From a bacterium (GTDB lineage: Bacteria > UBA8248), in contig OZ253442.1 in assembly GCA_965261085.1 (NCBI GenBank), positions 4,192,001-4,256,000 of the forward strand: a stretch of 64,000 nt of DNA, given 5' to 3'. The translations under genes and the position numbers were made by a program. A model generated the notes under the pieces. The model was not told where the DNA came from. It saw only the letters and a program-made list of their open reading frames with translations, and made no database searches. The first letter of the stretch is position 1, and every line of letters begins with the position of its first letter. Of the stretch, positions 33,169 through 43,297 are shown in pieces.

Positions 33169-33483
33169 TCAGCCGAAGATTTGCGTCGGCACGCGCCCCC
33201 AGGCGGACGGGTCGGTGAGGATGTCACCGCCCTCATCCTCGTAGGAGAAAAACAGGATTTCCGTTTCGGTCTTCTTGCCCTTCTTCTCGAGACGCCGCAC
33301 GGTGATGGTCGGCACGTGGACGCCGAGTTGAAAGTTTTTCGCATGGCTCACCGAGACGCTCGCCCCGAACTTGGCGGCGCAGCCCTCGAGTTGTTCTCTC
33401 GTCGTCTTCACCCGGCCGTCCGCGAGGATTTCTCCGCCGAAATTCTCCGTGAGATCGACTACAAAAATATTCGGCTCCAGCAT
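33169..33483 (-). CDS. Hypothetical protein
   Basis: GGAG RBS; natural amino-acid composition. Confidence 0.65.
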   Translation of the reverse strand: MLEPNIFVVDLTENFGGEILADGRVKTTREQLEGCAAKFGASVSVSHAKNFQLGVHVPTITVRRLEKKGKKTETEILFFSYEDEGGDILTDPSAWGRVPTQIFG

Positions 33484-33530
33484 GATGGCGTATTCTCCCT
33501 TGAAACGTGATGAACGAAACCCCGAAAAGT

Positions 33531-33620
33531 GTTTTCCGGGGTGTGCGAAAGCGCGGAGTCTATCAGAAAGGGGATGATGTGAAAAAGGGGGCCGGAGCGA
33601 AACGGCCAGTAGCAGCTTTC
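33531..33620 (+). repeat. Degenerate direct repeat, copy 1
   Basis: 65/90 ungapped identities to 34671-34760 (hand count). Confidence 0.8.
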
Positions 33621-33728
33621 ATGAAAACTGTACATCACTCTTGTTATTGCCGTCGCCTAACCTGCCCAGATAAGATAAATTCAGAGATTAGTACTTAGCT
33701 GAGCGATAAGCCTCGACAGGAGAATTTA

Positions 33729-34640
33729 ATGGATGTGTTTCGGAAAGAGCCTTTACCCGCCATATACACTGAACTAGGATTCGTGCGTAAATCGGCTCCT
33801 TTTATCCTGGTAGATTGCCCCGAGGACCTTTCGCGTCTTCGGCAACTCCAAAGCGTCGCTGCTGGTGAAGTCTGCGTTTCCGAACTTGAATGGCTCTACA
33901 CATTTTTCGTAAAGGCCGAGTTGCCTGACGACATTCAAGCGCGCGATGGCTCTTCTGACGACGTTATCGAATGGCGCGTCTTCTACTGGAAACTTTGGGA
34001 CGCCGAATCATTGGTGAAAGGTTCCAGGCCCACTGAAGCTATTAGTTATGAAAACGCAGGAATCAATGCTGATTTTCTCGACTCGCTCATACATCCCATA
34101 TCTTGTCTACCTATGCTTCGGCAAACACAAAACTTGTTCGAGCCCGCCAATGGCAAGGACAAGGGATACGAATTGAAGTCAGAAATGGTTGCCGCCATTA
34201 AGAGAATTGAAAACCCACTCATTGCTTCCATCAAACTCCCGGCAATGAAACAGGCAATAAAACAACGAAAACCAACCACAACTTCTAAATCGACCAAGAC
34301 CTCCGGCAACCCGCAAGTCTCACCCAAACTCCGCGACGCTGTTCTACGGAATAACAATTATCGCTGCATGTTTTGCGGTAATGGCGCGTCAGACGGTGTG
34401 AAGTTGGAAGCACATCACATTATTACCCGAAGCTTGATCAACAAACTACAACTTGATCCTACTCTTCACATAAATCCCGAAAACTTATGTGCAGCTTGCT
34501 TCAGTTGCAACCGAGGCAAAAGCGACAATCTGGCTACTGAAGACATCGAATTCTACCTTAATGTGTTCTCGAAGCCGGAACATCCGAATCACGGTCTGTT
34601 GCGATACATTACAAGGATTTCCGAATTACAAACATTATAG
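33729..34640 (+). CDS. HNH endonuclease domain protein
   Basis: LRDAVLRNNNYRCMFCG...LEAHHI...ENLCAACFSCNRGKS. Confidence 0.88.
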   Translation: MDVFRKEPLPAIYTELGFVRKSAPFILVDCPEDLSRLRQLQSVAAGEVCVSELEWLYTFFVKAELPDDIQARDGSSDDVIEWRVFYWKLWDAESLVKGSRPTEAISYENAGINADFLDSLIHPISCLPMLRQTQNLFEPANGKDKGYELKSEMVAAIKRIENPLIASIKLPAMKQAIKQRKPTTTSKSTKTSGNPQVSPKLRDAVLRNNNYRCMFCGNGASDGVKLEAHHIITRSLINKLQLDPTLHINPENLCAACFSCNRGKSDNLATEDIEFYLNVFSKPEHPNHGLLRYITRISELQTL

Positions 34641-34670
34641 AGACAAGTACCGGAGTAGCGATTAGCACGG

Positions 34671-34760
34671 GTTTAGCGGTGTATCCGAATGCGTGGAGTC
34701 TGGCAGAAAAAAGATGATGAGAAAAAGGGTGTAGGGCCGAAACGGCCCTCATCGGCGTGC
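34671..34760 (+). repeat. Degenerate direct repeat, copy 2
   Basis: Matches 33531-33620 at an offset of 1140 bp. Confidence 0.8.
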
Positions 34761-34870
34761 ATGGAAGAAACGAATTGTCAAATGTTCAGCGCAATTCCTC
34801 CTTTAGTATACTGAGTTTTGAAGATATGGGCGTTACAATGAAGAATGATACGCCTGACTGGTCAAGCTCA

Positions 34871-35398
34871 TTACCTTCTTTTTTTGCGTGATTTCCTTGG
34901 GCGCCTTTTCCTTGTTGTGCTCGCTATAAGCTCAAGTTCTTTGACAAAATCGATCCTGCGACTGGATGGTACCTGGAAGCTCATACAGGTCTTGCCCTGG
35001 TGATCCGTAACCGCGAAGTCGCCCCTTCCGATGATATCCATTCCTATCAAAATGGAAGAACCCAATATATCGCCATCAGTGACTCGTAAGCCGGAAAAGA
35101 TTACCCCATTAGAGAGATGGATATTCACCAGATACACACCAGCGATCCGCTCCCCGTTCGCGGTATAGATTTTCTGCTTGTCTATGGGCTGTAGGCCCAA
35201 TACCGAAATCACTTCCTGGTTGATAACCGAGCCGGTAGCACCAGTATCCCATATGGCATTGACGCTTATTACTGAAGGTTTGGATTCTAACGAAGCGGGC
35301 TCATATGCTTCACTAACCTCGACGTCATCGTCTCTGAGAACTCTGGCCCTACCGTTAAATTGTAGTGTGAATGCCCGCGGAGAGTTATCGAGTGGCAA
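34871..35398 (-). CDS. Retropepsin-like aspartyl protease
   Basis: AIWDTGAT and ILIGMDII; basic C-terminal tail. Confidence 0.88.
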   Translation of the reverse strand: MPLDNSPRAFTLQFNGRARVLRDDDVEVSEAYEPASLESKPSVISVNAIWDTGATGSVINQEVISVLGLQPIDKQKIYTANGERIAGVYLVNIHLSNGVIFSGLRVTDGDILGSSILIGMDIIGRGDFAVTDHQGKTCMSFQVPSSRRIDFVKELELIASTTRKRRPRKSRKKRR

Positions 35399-35411
35399 GA
35401 AACAAAATCCG

Positions 35412-35657
35412 TTATATCGCTATTCGAGAATGAAATGTCTGGGTCGTTTCTTCTTCAGGTTTGAGGCATTGCCGGATGAGAAACGTGCCTGCGTCGTAGT
35501 GGCGTTTGGCGGTGGTGTAGGCATCCAGTTCCGATTCGTAGAAACCCTCTATCGACTCATCGTGTATCAACACGAATTCGCCGTGATGCTCCTCGGCAAG
35601 TTCTGCCTGGTGTTGTTGAAAATACATGATCTGTCTGTCCAATACCTGCATGGCCAA
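35412..35657 (-). CDS. DUF5678-like small protein
   Basis: YFQQHQAELAEEHHGEFVLIHDESIEGFY...GTFLIRQC; directly upstream of the protease. Confidence 0.7.
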   Translation of the reverse strand: MAMQVLDRQIMYFQQHQAELAEEHHGEFVLIHDESIEGFYESELDAYTTAKRHYDAGTFLIRQCLKPEEETTQTFHSRIAI

Positions 35658-35795
35658 GACCCTCTATCAGACAGGCTCTTCTCAAAGAAAACAACGCCTT
35701 GTCTATAAGATTACATGCAATACCCGAATTTTTGCAAACAATCACAGCTGCAGACACAATGAATTGCCGCTTTCCCGGAAGCCCCCCCAAAACCC

Positions 35796-36566
35796 CTACC
35801 AGTCCCAGAAAAGCGTATACGCCCTTCCGGTGACGGGCTGGGTTTCGCGCCATTCCAGGCGGGTCTTGCCGGTTTCGTTCAGCATCCGGGGATAGACGCG
35901 GCGCTTGTTGAAGCTGTTCGACGCCCCCTGGGATTCCTCCCGGCGCGCACCCACTATCTGGCGGCCGGGGGGGATGAGCACTTCGAGGTGAAACTCTTCG
36001 GTGGGATATTCCACGACGAGGGTGACCCATTCGTTTCGCGTGACGAAGGCGTCGCGCAGAACGAGTTCGTGGCGAAGCTCGAAGAGCGCGCCCGCCCGAA
36101 TCGGCTCGGCCAGCGAGAGACTGGCGGAATAATCCGCCCCCGCTTGCTTCTCGATCCGGTATTCCGCGGGCGTCCAGGGGGGGTCGGCTTCTCCTTCTTC
36201 GGCGAGACGGTAGGAATAGGCCACCCGCCTGTCGCCGCTGCCCGTGTGATAGCGCGTCCTCACCCGGGACAACTCCCGCCGGGCCAGACACCGGCGCACG
36301 CTCTCCATGCAGGCGCTTCGGCCCTCGGCGTCTTCTATCGTGTAGGTGCGTGTGTGGAGAAGCACGCGGTAGTCGTACTCGTCGTCTTCTCCCCCCTGCG
36401 CCGAGGGAGCGAACCCTGCGGAGAGGGCTTCTTCTTCGAGATGCCGGAGCCGCGCTTCGAGCGCATCCAGCTTCTCTGAAAGCTCTTCCTGGCGCTTGAG
36501 AATCGAAGAAATGCCGCCGGCCAGCTCTTGGAGCAGGTCTCCCGTTTCCGGATTTTCGTCCGCCAT
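35796..36566 (-). CDS. Hypothetical protein (N-terminal coiled coil, C-terminal beta-rich domain ending YTLFWDW)
   Basis: Heptad segment LKRQEELSEKLDALEARLRHLEE; natural composition compared with the alternative frames. Confidence 0.7.
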   Translation of the reverse strand: MADENPETGDLLQELAGGISSILKRQEELSEKLDALEARLRHLEEEALSAGFAPSAQGGEDDEYDYRVLLHTRTYTIEDAEGRSACMESVRRCLARRELSRVRTRYHTGSGDRRVAYSYRLAEEGEADPPWTPAEYRIEKQAGADYSASLSLAEPIRAGALFELRHELVLRDAFVTRNEWVTLVVEYPTEEFHLEVLIPPGRQIVGARREESQGASNSFNKRRVYPRMLNETGKTRLEWRETQPVTGRAYTLFWDW

Positions 36567-36778
36567 TGTTCGTGCATCCCTCGCGTTTCGCCGCGACTTT
36601 CATGGCGCATTTGCACGTATTTGCCGTATTCCTGTCTCACCAGGCAAAGGTATACCAACATACCGGGCGCAGAGGCAAGGAGCACGCCCCGGGCCTCGTT
36701 TTCCCGTCGATGAATATGTGAAAAATACGATAAATTCACATAGTTTTACGATAAATAAATAAAAGTTAAATAGTTGAT

Positions 36779-37933
36779 TTATATGGGATTAAGTTGTTTT
36801 AGTCGGCTTTCAGACACCACGCGGCGGGCATCGGCCAGTTGTCCGCACGCCGCTAGAATATCGCTTCCCTTGCTGACGCGCGTGGTCGCCACCAGGCCGG
36901 CGGCCAAGAGTATGCGTCGGAATTCCTCGACCCGGCCATCGTCTGGCCGCTCAAAGGGGGCTCCCGGAAACGGATTCCAGGGAATCAGGTTCACCTTGCA
37001 CTTGAGCCCCTCCAGGAGCCTTGAGAGCTCCTTAGCTTCTTGTTTCGAGTCATTTACCCCCAGGAGCATGACGTATTCAAATGTGATGCGGCGCCGTTCG
37101 CTGACCGGCAACTCTCGGCATTCATCAATCAGCGCCCTTAAATTCCACTTGCGGTTGAGAGGCACGAGTTTCCCTCTGGTTTCATCATCCGCCGCGTGAA
37201 GCGATACCGCCAAACCCACGCCCGGAACGGCAAAGACGAAATCCCGAAGTCTCGAGACGACCCCCACCGTCGATACGGTAAGCCTCCTGGCGCTGACGCC
37301 ATTTGCTTGCGGGTGCGTCAGAATTTTCACGGCCTTGACAGTGGCGTCGAAATTATCGAGCGGCTCGCCCATTCCCATGAATACGATGTTATGAAAACGC
37401 TCTCCCTCAGCGAGGTGGTTTCTCGCGGCGATGAATTGGCCTACGATTTCACCGGCCGTCAACTGCCTGACGAAACCCATCTTCGCCGTCAGACAAAACG
37501 CGCATCCCATCGCGCATCCGACCTGCGTGGAGACGCAAAGAGACCACCGCATCACGCCATTTACGTTTCTCATCGGTATCCGGACGCTCTCGACTCGCGC
37601 GCCGTCGCGAAGCCGCCACACATATTTTTCCGTGCCATCCGCACTTTTGCTCTCCTGGTCGAGTTCGATAGTCTCCAGGCGAGCCGTTTTCCCGAGTTTT
37701 GCTCTAAAACCCTTTGGAATGTTGGTCATTTGAGAGAACTTGCTCACACCGTGGGCGTATAGCCATGAGAACATTTGCCGGCCTCTATAAGAGGTTTCCC
37801 CCATCTGCTCGCATAACGAAACGAGTTCCTCTTCATCCATGCCGACAAGCCCAATTGACCCGGAGGACAGCGATCGATCTTCCCGACCTGATGCGATTTT
37901 CGGTGTCGCGTCATTTTTCATAGATGGGCTCAT
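36779..37933 (-). CDS. rlmN: 23S rRNA/tRNA C2-methyltransferase (radical SAM)
   Basis: CVSTQVGCAMGCAFC, MGMGEP, SLHA, DILAACGQL. Confidence 0.97.
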   Translation of the reverse strand: MSPSMKNDATPKIASGREDRSLSSGSIGLVGMDEEELVSLCEQMGETSYRGRQMFSWLYAHGVSKFSQMTNIPKGFRAKLGKTARLETIELDQESKSADGTEKYVWRLRDGARVESVRIPMRNVNGVMRWSLCVSTQVGCAMGCAFCLTAKMGFVRQLTAGEIVGQFIAARNHLAEGERFHNIVFMGMGEPLDNFDATVKAVKILTHPQANGVSARRLTVSTVGVVSRLRDFVFAVPGVGLAVSLHAADDETRGKLVPLNRKWNLRALIDECRELPVSERRRITFEYVMLLGVNDSKQEAKELSRLLEGLKCKVNLIPWNPFPGAPFERPDDGRVEEFRRILLAAGLVATTRVSKGSDILAACGQLADARRVVSESRLKQLNPI

Positions 37934-37994
37934 GGTGTTATGGTTTGCCCGCTTCGCTTCTCGCTTGAATCATATCATGGTTATCCATTCGTGA

Positions 37995-38645
37995 ATGGAG
38001 AGTGCTCATATGGCCATACGCGCGCTTCTTTTAGACCACGACGGCACACTTGTCGACAGCTATGAGGGAATCGCCAAGTGCATGCGCCTCATGTGCCGTG
38101 ATTTGGGCGTACCCGAAATGAGTGATGCGGAAATTCTCGCATCCATTGGTCCTACGCTCGAGGAAAGATTCACCCAACTGTGGGGAGAAGACATGGCCAA
38201 CGAGGCAGTGCGCATCTACCGCTCCCATTACAAGGTTCATAATGTCGCAGGCACCTATATTATCCCTGGGGTGAAAAAAACACTCGAAACCCTCGCTCAC
38301 CGGGGTATTCAGATGGCTTGCGTTTCGAACAAAGCATGGTTTTTCTGTAAGCAGCAATTAGAGCATGTCGGTCTTCTCCCCTACATTCTGAAGGTATTCG
38401 GGCACCACCAGGGATATGCACCAAAACCGGACCCTGAAATGCTGTTCGCCGCCATCAAATCGCTCGAAGTGAAACCTGAAGAAGTCGTCATGGTTGGGGA
38501 TACGGCGACAGACGTACAGGCCGCCAGAAACGCATCTATCCCTGCATGGATCATCAAAGGAAAATACTCCCAGTACCATGAAATAATAAAATCAAACCCA
38601 GATAGGTATTTAGAAAAAATAGAGGATATTCTGGACCTAGTATAA
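37995..38645 (+). CDS. HAD-family hydrolase (phosphoglycolate phosphatase-like)
   Basis: LDHDGTLVDS, VSNK, KPDP, MVGDTATD. Confidence 0.9.
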   Translation: MESAHMAIRALLLDHDGTLVDSYEGIAKCMRLMCRDLGVPEMSDAEILASIGPTLEERFTQLWGEDMANEAVRIYRSHYKVHNVAGTYIIPGVKKTLETLAHRGIQMACVSNKAWFFCKQQLEHVGLLPYILKVFGHHQGYAPKPDPEMLFAAIKSLEVKPEEVVMVGDTATDVQAARNASIPAWIIKGKYSQYHEIIKSNPDRYLEKIEDILDLV

Positions 38646-38849
38646 TTTGCCATCTGCCGCTTGCGCACTCGATCGCGGTTCCTTATCTTGTTTCGTCGAG
38701 AAAAGGAGAGATGCTTTCGCATCAACTTCAATATCTCGCCAAAATTACTTCTATTTCGCGCAAGATATTTATCTTGCCCTTTCATCTCGTGGCCTTGAGT
38801 CTAAAGAGGAAGGCTCTCACCCTATACTCATTCTAATACTCTCCTCGGA

Positions 38850-39608
38850 ATGAATCTCATGAACCTCATCATTGGCGCCCTGATTGCAATTTACATCCTA
38901 TTCCTAATACTCGAACTAAAGGACTTGCGCCGTGGGCGAAGCAAATACACGTGGGCGCTTTCGAGACTCCCGCTGGCCGGAATTACTCTTGCCGCGGTAT
39001 GGATGCTCCATGCGCAACCTCTTCCGTCTATAACGAAATCGATGCAGCTAAAAAAAATTCTATTCCTCACCCCAAAAATTCATCTCGATGAACATATGGA
39101 GACAACGACGAGCGGAAAATTCGTGACCGAAGAACCTGGAATCTTTTGGTACATAGATCATTACTCCAGGCTCTATGAGGTCGACCCCCTGCTGGTGCGC
39201 GCCGTCATCGAAGTGGAAAGCAACTTCAATCCAAAAGCCGTTTCTCGCAATGGCGCCAAAGGACTGATGCAAATCAACTCGATTACAGCCAAACATTTGG
39301 GCCTCAACAATGTTTTTGATATCCGTGAGAACATCAAGGGCGGCGTGCGCTATCTACGATACCTACTTGAACTATATGATTGGGATTTGCATATGGCGCT
39401 GGCCTCATACAATGCGGGGCCCGCTAACATCCAACACTATAATGGGGTTCCGCCTTTTCAAGAAACACGCCGATACATCTCAAGGATCATAGAAGTATAT
39501 GAGCGTCTCACAAGAACGAAGGAAGTCTTTAATGACACATCTCGACTTTCAGCCTTGCTCCGTCAATCGCCCAACGCTCAAACAAAACCAGACAGTGCAA
39601 CTCGGTAG
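38850..39608 (+). CDS. Membrane-anchored lytic transglycosylase (SLT domain)
   Basis: VESNFNPKAVS, GLMQ, ASYNAG, PPFQET. Confidence 0.92.
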   Translation: MNLMNLIIGALIAIYILFLILELKDLRRGRSKYTWALSRLPLAGITLAAVWMLHAQPLPSITKSMQLKKILFLTPKIHLDEHMETTTSGKFVTEEPGIFWYIDHYSRLYEVDPLLVRAVIEVESNFNPKAVSRNGAKGLMQINSITAKHLGLNNVFDIRENIKGGVRYLRYLLELYDWDLHMALASYNAGPANIQHYNGVPPFQETRRYISRIIEVYERLTRTKEVFNDTSRLSALLRQSPNAQTKPDSATR

Positions 39609-39800
39609 GAAATCGTACTCCCATGCCCATAAACCATAAAGATTGGTTTCATTTGAATGAAGCTCAGGTATTTGAATTTTGTGGCAATGATGCATCATTA
39701 TAAATTCAGACTGCCGAAACCCGCGTGATTTCTATATTTTGAGAATTCAACGAAAGCCATTCGGACCCGATTCATTATAATCATAGCACCAGGAAATAGA

Positions 39801-40541
39801 ATGCCGACCAGAACTGCCTCACCAACCACCCGAAAACGAAAAATCCTGACACTCGCGAATAGATTATTGTCTCGTTTCGGGAGGCCAAAGCACATCAAAC
39901 AAAGTAATCTTTTAGATGCCCTGGTCGAAACCCTCCTTTCACAAAGCACGACCGACCATAACCGCGACCTGGCGTTTGATTCCTTGAAAAATACTTTTGC
40001 CAACTGGGATGATATCGCCGACTCTCCTCAAACAGATATTGCTCGGGCAATCCGTTCCGCTGGTTTGGGTAATCAGAAAGCCGGGAGAATCCGAGATTTT
40101 CTCAGATGGATCCGCGAGGATAGAGAACAACTCTGTTTGGAATTCTTGCATCATGAATCAGATGATTTCGCCGTGCAATATCTTACTCGTCATAAAGGCA
40201 TCGGCATCAAAACCGCTTATGTCACCTTGATGCTGGCTTCAAACCGGGATTTATTCCCTATCGATGTTCACATTCACCGGATCATGATTCGCCTAGGCAT
40301 AATTGACGAGAAAACCACGCCCGAGAAATCTCACGCAGTCCTCGCTCCACTTATTCCAGAAGGGCGTGCTCATGAATTGCACATGAATATGCTGAGTTTT
40401 GGGCGAACCATCTGCACCGCTCGAAATCCGAAATGCCCTGACTGTGATTTGAAGCGAATGTGTCGCTACTACAAAGACAAGAACCCAAGGAAATCTAAAG
40501 GCGGAGAAATTCATCTTCCCAAAAAGCAAATCAGCCCATGA
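39801..40541 (+). CDS. nth: Endonuclease III-family HhH-GPD DNA glycosylase
   Basis: LLSQST, GIGIKTA, PIDVH, CTARNPKCPDCDLKRMC. Confidence 0.8.
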   Translation: MPTRTASPTTRKRKILTLANRLLSRFGRPKHIKQSNLLDALVETLLSQSTTDHNRDLAFDSLKNTFANWDDIADSPQTDIARAIRSAGLGNQKAGRIRDFLRWIREDREQLCLEFLHHESDDFAVQYLTRHKGIGIKTAYVTLMLASNRDLFPIDVHIHRIMIRLGIIDEKTTPEKSHAVLAPLIPEGRAHELHMNMLSFGRTICTARNPKCPDCDLKRMCRYYKDKNPRKSKGGEIHLPKKQISP

Positions 40542-41434
40542 ACTTGATCCAACTGGTCGGGCCGGGAGAGCTGTTTGCAATCGCATCTTCCATCACATTC
40601 TCCGTGGCGCAAACTTTTCTCAGACAAGGAATGAGAAGCGTATCCCCGCTCGCTACCGCCCTGATTGTCAATGGAATCGTAAGCCTGGGCGGCTTTGTTT
40701 TATCCATCCTGAAAGGCACACTTTTTACTTCTAAACCAGAAACTATTCTATGGTATGCCGCTGTGGGTGCTACGGGTCCCACTATTGGAAGATATTGTTA
40801 TCTGGTGGGCGTCTCCCGCATGGGGCTCAGCCGCACCGTCCCCATATCCTCCGCCGCCCCAATTTGGGGAACACTTCTCGCAGTTCTATTCTTGGGTGAA
40901 GCACCAACAACCATGGTTATACTAGGCACTCTCGGCATCGTCGTCGGCGTATCCATTCTCGGCATACAAGATGACAAGTCTCAATCGTTCAAAAGCTGGT
41001 TTCAAGGAGCTCTGGTATTCCCACTCACCGCATCTTTGGCATATGCAGCAGCGCCCATCTTCGTCAAACTCGCGTATACCCATCAGGCGACGCCTATTGT
41101 CGGCATGGCCGTATCTTTTGCTACGGCCAATTGCATTCTTCTCCTCATCAAGCCAATCCTACCCGGCCAAAGAGAAATTAAGGGTGATAAAAGAGGTTTC
41201 ATATGGGTAGGAGGGGCGGGACTCATCGGCATTTGTAGTTCTTACATGCTTTGGACAGCTTTTACGATGGCGAGCGTATCTACCGCTCTCCCCTTGAGCC
41301 GTATCGCACCGATTTGGGTAATGATTCTGAGCTATTTTTTCTTGGGCAAGCTCGAAATAATCAACCGAAAGACAGTTTTGGCCACGATTTGCGTTGTCAT
41401 AGGCGGAGTGCTGATCACTGCTTTCAGGAACTAA
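40538..41434 (+). CDS. DMT/EamA-family transporter
   Basis: About 10 TM segments in two EamA repeats (LFLGE, FFLG). Confidence 0.88.
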   Translation: MNLIQLVGPGELFAIASSITFSVAQTFLRQGMRSVSPLATALIVNGIVSLGGFVLSILKGTLFTSKPETILWYAAVGATGPTIGRYCYLVGVSRMGLSRTVPISSAAPIWGTLLAVLFLGEAPTTMVILGTLGIVVGVSILGIQDDKSQSFKSWFQGALVFPLTASLAYAAAPIFVKLAYTHQATPIVGMAVSFATANCILLLIKPILPGQREIKGDKRGFIWVGGAGLIGICSSYMLWTAFTMASVSTALPLSRIAPIWVMILSYFFLGKLEIINRKTVLATICVVIGGVLITAFRN

Positions 41435-41500
41435 CTCTCGTGAAGCGAGCGAAACCCCAAATTTCGTCCCGATGTCGAATCTCTACCGCCTCACGAAACC

Positions 41501-42748
41501 CTATCTTCCCGCCGCCGCCTCGGCCACACGCGGGGAGTAGACGATATCGTCCATTTGCGGCGGATCTTCCAGAAAACCTGCCGCTTTAAGTGTTAACACA
41601 TCGTTCGTGCCGTCTGAATGCAGAAAACTCAAGGCATCACGCATGAGTTTCTCGATGGGGTTTTTCCGCATATACCCCGCTGCTCCCCATAGTTCCATGG
41701 CCGCCTGACAAACTTTTACGGCGGACTCGGATGCGAATACTTTGCTCAGCATCGCATTTTTCCGGTCCATCTCCTCAAGCTGGGTGGACCACGCCGTACG
41801 CCATAAATAAGAACGAGACGCCTCTATCTTCATCGCCATCCGCGCAAGCCTCACCTGCTGAAGCTGGTGGTCAAGCAAAGGCACGCTCCCTTGAATTCTG
41901 GCATGCGCATACTGCAAAGAAAGATCATATGCCCGTTGCGCAACACCCAAGACAGTGGCACCCGCTTGAATGTTACTTCCGTGTCTTATGAACAAATTGG
42001 CGAGAGCGGGCAAAGCTTGGCCCACTTCCCCGATTTGGTCCTCATCAGGAATTTCCACATCGTGAAACTCCAATGTGCCATTCTGAACACACCGCTGACC
42101 GAGCTTGTCCCACACTTCCGTGACTTCAAAGCCCTTGGCGTCAGAGGGAACCAAAAAAGCCGTGAGACTATTCATCATAGGGTTATTCTTATCTGTACGG
42201 GCTGCAATTTGATAAACTTTTGCGAGACCCCCATTCGAGATGTATCGCTTGGCGCCATTCAACATCCAGCGGTCTCCCTTTTTTTCAGCATATGTCTGTA
42301 TTCCAGCACCGGGATTTTGATTGGGCCATACATTGTCACTACCCGCCATGGGTTCCGTCCAAGCCGTCGCCAGAATACATTCATCATCATCCATTATTTT
42401 GGGGAGCCAGCGTTTTTGCTGTTCTTCATTCGCCATATTAGCAATCGACGTCATAATCTTCCAAGTCTGATCAAAGGCGACGGCAAGTCCCAAATCCCCA
42501 TACGCCAAGGTTTCACCCACAACGGCGCAGGAAAGCACATCGGCGCCTTCGCCTCCAAATTCTTTCGGGACGGTAAGCGTTCTAAGGCCTCGCCTTGAAC
42601 CTTCTCTGATGACTTCCCAGTTAAAGGATTTTTCAGGGTCCTGTATGCTATCCGCGACCTCCGCGGCGGGAATCATCACTTCGGTAGCAAATCTTTTCGC
42701 AATATCTCTGAGTTCAGTCTGCCGGGGTGTAAGTTGGAAATCGACCAT
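41501..42748 (-). CDS. Acyl-CoA dehydrogenase
   Basis: TEPMAGSD, LNGAKRYISNG, KLGQR, WGAAGY, EKLMRDA. Confidence 0.93.
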   Translation of the reverse strand: MVDFQLTPRQTELRDIAKRFATEVMIPAAEVADSIQDPEKSFNWEVIREGSRRGLRTLTVPKEFGGEGADVLSCAVVGETLAYGDLGLAVAFDQTWKIMTSIANMANEEQQKRWLPKIMDDDECILATAWTEPMAGSDNVWPNQNPGAGIQTYAEKKGDRWMLNGAKRYISNGGLAKVYQIAARTDKNNPMMNSLTAFLVPSDAKGFEVTEVWDKLGQRCVQNGTLEFHDVEIPDEDQIGEVGQALPALANLFIRHGSNIQAGATVLGVAQRAYDLSLQYAHARIQGSVPLLDHQLQQVRLARMAMKIEASRSYLWRTAWSTQLEEMDRKNAMLSKVFASESAVKVCQAAMELWGAAGYMRKNPIEKLMRDALSFLHSDGTNDVLTLKAAGFLEDPPQMDDIVYSPRVAEAAAGR

Positions 42749-42878
42749 CGGTTTCATCCTCCAAAGAGAACACATGTCATGTCTATTTCATCGCGATGAA
42801 ATTGTTGTGAATCATTATGCCAAGGAGAACCCGTGCTTGGGTTCCCGTGTTTGCTAATGCGCAGAATGGGAAAGCATT

Positions 42879-43277
42879 TTACTGAGCCGATACATTCTCG
42901 CATAACTCGATGCGAATGTTTCCGGGTCCCCTAACGTAGGCGATCATGCGCCCTCCAATACCACGGCGCACGGGCTCTACCATAATCTCCGCTCCTTTGT
43001 TTCTTAGCCATTCGACTGATGCTTTCACATCCGGGACTCCAAACCCAAAATGGTCCAAACCCTGAACCAGTTCCGGCCCCACGGAATCTGGCGTTTCTTC
43101 AGGTCTGATGCCACGCGCGAATATCACCAAGTGACCAATCTGAATCGCCGCATTGGGCGAGCCCTTGAAGTCCTCATCGTAGCGAATAATTTCAGCGTCA
43201 AACACATTCTGAAAATACTCGGCAAATGCCTTCACATCTGCACAAACGTAGTGAATATGATCAAAACCAAATTCCAT
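42879..43277 (-). CDS. VOC/glyoxalase family protein
   Basis: FDHIH, GLDHFGF, GPGNIRIEL. Confidence 0.88.
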   Translation of the reverse strand: MEFGFDHIHYVCADVKAFAEYFQNVFDAEIIRYDEDFKGSPNAAIQIGHLVIFARGIRPEETPDSVGPELVQGLDHFGFGVPDVKASVEWLRNKGAEIMVEPVRRGIGGRMIAYVRGPGNIRIELCENVSAQ

Positions 43278-43297
43278 CAAACCCCTCAAATTTGAGA

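Noticed and set aside
35557-36603. 348-aa alternative-frame ORF
   Set aside because: Arg/Pro-rich frame overlapping the more plausible 35796-36566 gene.
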